The notes beneath the pieces were generated by a model, which had not been told where the DNA came from, made no database searches, and was given only the letters and a program-made list of their open reading frames with translations. Below, piece by piece: positions 60,774-64,000 of a stretch of DNA of 64,000 nucleotides (positions are counted from its first letter, which is position 1; each line of letters opens with the position of its first letter). The DNA lies in the NCBI GenBank assembly GCA_965235115.1, contig OZ249441.1:25854001-25918000 (forward strand), read 5' to 3'. Both the position numbers and the translations under genes were made by a program. The stretch comes from Laetmonice hystrix. Its lineage: Eukaryota.

Positions 60774-63700
60774 TATTTGTCCTTTATCGAAGGGAGCAGG
60801 TCCTGGAAATAGGCTATAGCTAATTAGCCTACGATACTGCTAATTAAAAATCTAATTGAACTTGACTTCTTCAGAGTTCTCACTTTCTGAGAGCAGACCA
60901 TGTATATCTGAAGTAACGTTATAGGACCGACAAAACATGCAGTGTTATGAAATCCTGCATGTGTGTATACATTAGCGGCTGTGAATACATGAGCCGTGAA
61001 ATCAGGTGCTATAATCTCCGTGACGGAGACGCTCACGGGAGGCTGATAGTGTTCGTGGCGTCATCAGAGATTATGTGGTGACAGGTCCATGATGACGCTG
61101 TAACCATGACACCTCCTCCGTGAGACTGCCGGTCCGACAGATGGACGACGTCACGGTGTAAATCCGGGCTACAAAAGGGGACCGCCATCAAATTGTCGCT
61201 GAGTGGCCCGAGTAGCAGTCGCACCAAGCCTGACAGTTCTGTTATAGAGTTAGCCTTTTATTGATCAATCATATCATCAGTCTGGAGGGCACTGCCGTTG
61301 TTGAGACCCTCCTCTGGATCGTAGGACAAACAGTGAACGCCGTAAACAGTGTATATTACACAACAAAAATATAAGGTAAGCATTATGACTTCAATTTCTA
61401 CAGGGGAAAGGGGGGGGGGGGGGCGGAACCGATCTATTCAGTTCTATACCGGCCTATTATTATCCAATGACCACATTACAACCTCCAAGTTAAAAAAATA
61501 CAAATTTTAAGTTAGGCCTATACAGGTGCCAGACTGTGACCGATTGGTAGACATGTGCCACCCTAGCTGTGACCTGCGTATTCTTTCAGGATAATTATTT
61601 GGAAGTTTCATGGCAGCAACATCATCAGAGGGTGTCCATCTAACACATGTGATCTATTTTATAGGCTTATTATGTTTGGCACAAGTTTCTTTTTAGGAAT
61701 CTCCTGGCCTTGTCATGCACATTTCTCTAAGAAAAGAAGTTCTAAAGATAGATTTCCCTCACTACTCGGGGCATTGACCACAGGAGACAGAGCCTCTGAA
61801 TCGTAAAGAAGCTTTCTCGCCCCAATATTTGACACCTTATATTTCGCACCTTGTATGGTCAACGATTTACTCATCATTAATCCTCTTATTCCGGAGCATG
61901 TGCCAAAAGTAAACTGTTTTTATACGGTTGGCAATTGGGGCTTTTCATGACCTATGCTAGTGTTAATTATAATTTTAACACCTTGGGAACACAACTGGCG
62001 GTTGTTGTGTGGCCAGCCAGCTGCTAGTTTTGACTGTCCAGATGTCGAGCAATCAACTGACCTAATTAGAGTGGACACAGAGTAGTTGGTTTCTGATAAT
62101 TGAGCTGTATTCGCACGTCAAAATATTTAGCCACTTACACCTATGAGAAATGGCGGAATTCGTCCACTTGCGTAGGTGAGACAGTTTAATTGAAGTCAAT
62201 GGGGGAAAACACCATCCCATGTGTTAACTACATTACCTTTCATTGTTATCTAAAGGCACGTGTGTGCAGGTATCTTATGAACAGAGAAAAATAGGTATAT
62301 GTTTACAAATGAGATATTTCAATGGCTGTTCTGTTTGGAAGAAACTATTTGCATGCGTGAAAGATCGGACATGCTATACCAGCATTGCAATAGCAGTGCA
62401 AATTGAATTTTCCAAAAGGGTGATCACCAAATAGGATAATACGCTGGTATCAGACATAAGTTTATTCCTTTCGACAATTTAAAAGTGTTGGAATCTGACG
62501 TTCATGAAGGAAAATGACTTCAAGGATTGACATTTCAAACAATGTCAGGTTTACTATGGATAAATTAGTTTCAATATTAGTATATTACGCTTTGATTGTT
62601 TTAACAAAACATCGACTTGCTAAGATAAACACATACCGTACTAGTATCATACAGTGGTATTTTCTTGAATGCTGGTGGCAGATCCTGGTAATATTCCAGT
62701 CGGTGGGAAAGTTGAATAGTATAGAGGTAGGGTTACCGCCCCATGGCGAGCACTTCCGAGTCACTTTGAGCAAGTTGTGGTCACCCGTGGTTTGACTGAC
62801 CTTTAACCTTTGTCATAGTTTATCTGGACTCATTAATCCCAGCTGTCGGATGTTTTTAACAAGGCAAGTTTTTCAAGGCGGTGCACCAACTGGTGCTGTA
62901 CATTCTTGTCTAAGAGGACTAGGAAACATTCAGACACAGATACAAACAAATATTTGTTTTTCGTGTACGTCGTCTCCTGCTTAAAACCGGGATACCACAA
63001 AAAACAGATATTTTATTTACAAGAAAAAATCATGTGAATTAAATGAAAATGGCAGCTTTAGAAAAAAAATGTTGTACAAAACATATGTTACCACAGAGTA
63101 ATATCTCCCAAGATGTATATTCCTTGCCAAACAGAAAGAAACCAGAAAAGTGTCATGGTTAGCGTCTGAATTACCGATGCATTCCTATATAGGCCTACAT
63201 CCCATTACCTTTCCCGAACTGAGCTCTTTGATTCACGTAATTTAGCGGAGTAATTGTAGTGGGTGTGGTATAGGTCACTAGTTGACTGTGGCAGGTCGTC
63301 AGGTAATTCATGTAAATTACCTGTGCCCACAGGGAAACATTTCTATGATCAGTCATGTTGATGGGAAGATTAATATGTCAGACAGTAATGTGTATAAGCC
63401 GCACATATAATCACCCGGGTTGCTTGGTGATGACAGTTGAATTGATCGTGATCAGTTGACTGTTAATTGAAACTTCCTTCCAAAAATAAAATACAAATGT
63501 AGATATTTTGAAGGAGACCGATAGAATATCATTAGAATCATTATAATACCACATATCTCTTATCAATTCAGTTGTTTAAACACAAAGATAAATAATAAAT
63601 AGTATTTGTTTTACGTATTATCAAGGTCCGCCAAGTACCCCCCCCCCCCCCGCCCCCAGCATAGAGAAAATTCCTTGTGATTGGAAATTCAGCGTTGTGG

Positions 63701-64000
63701 AGACTAGCTGCATGAACAGGGAGACCAGCATCAGGGAGACCAGCACTTTCAAACGGACAGGGTGGACTCCCCCCCACCCCCCACCCCTCTGAATGCCCGC
63801 CCCCCGGACCCCCTTACTGCCCCGACCCTCTTATCTTCAATCACAGTTAACTGGCCGCGATGTTACAACCAAAAGAAGTTTGAAGGAAACGACTCGGGGC
63901 TTGGTGCTAAAAGGGGGGGGGGGGGTGCTCCTGCACAACGAATTACCCAGAAAGTAGAGTCAACATTTGGCCCCATAATGTCCCCAACAAGGGCCTGTTA

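Overview
Eukaryotic (animal, probably invertebrate) genomic DNA, spliced by hand from GT-AG sites. The organism cannot be identified from the sequence alone. Two convergent intron-containing genes are well supported. (1) A + strand GAS2-family actin-microtubule crosslinker (CH domain, long Ser/Thr-rich linker, GAR domain): six clear coding exons at 37632-42625, 675 aa from ATG 37663. It probably has distant upstream exons at about 10.3, 11.2 and 18.8 kb, whose intron phases match and which would add up to 47 aa. (2) A - strand CDK8 (Mediator kinase): 12 coding exons reconstructed at 58846-50460, terminal exon not identified. The rest is intronic or intergenic. It holds six minisatellite arrays clustered at 20.5-33.2 kb and many non-autonomous DNA transposons (a CAG-ended MITE family with 5-bp target duplications, Harbinger-like foldbacks, a TA-flanked element, and a GG..CC element with an 8-bp TSD), plus numerous long G/C homopolymers. 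I found no rRNA, tRNA, CRISPR array or intact transposase/RT ORF. Most ORFs in the supplied track are spurious.
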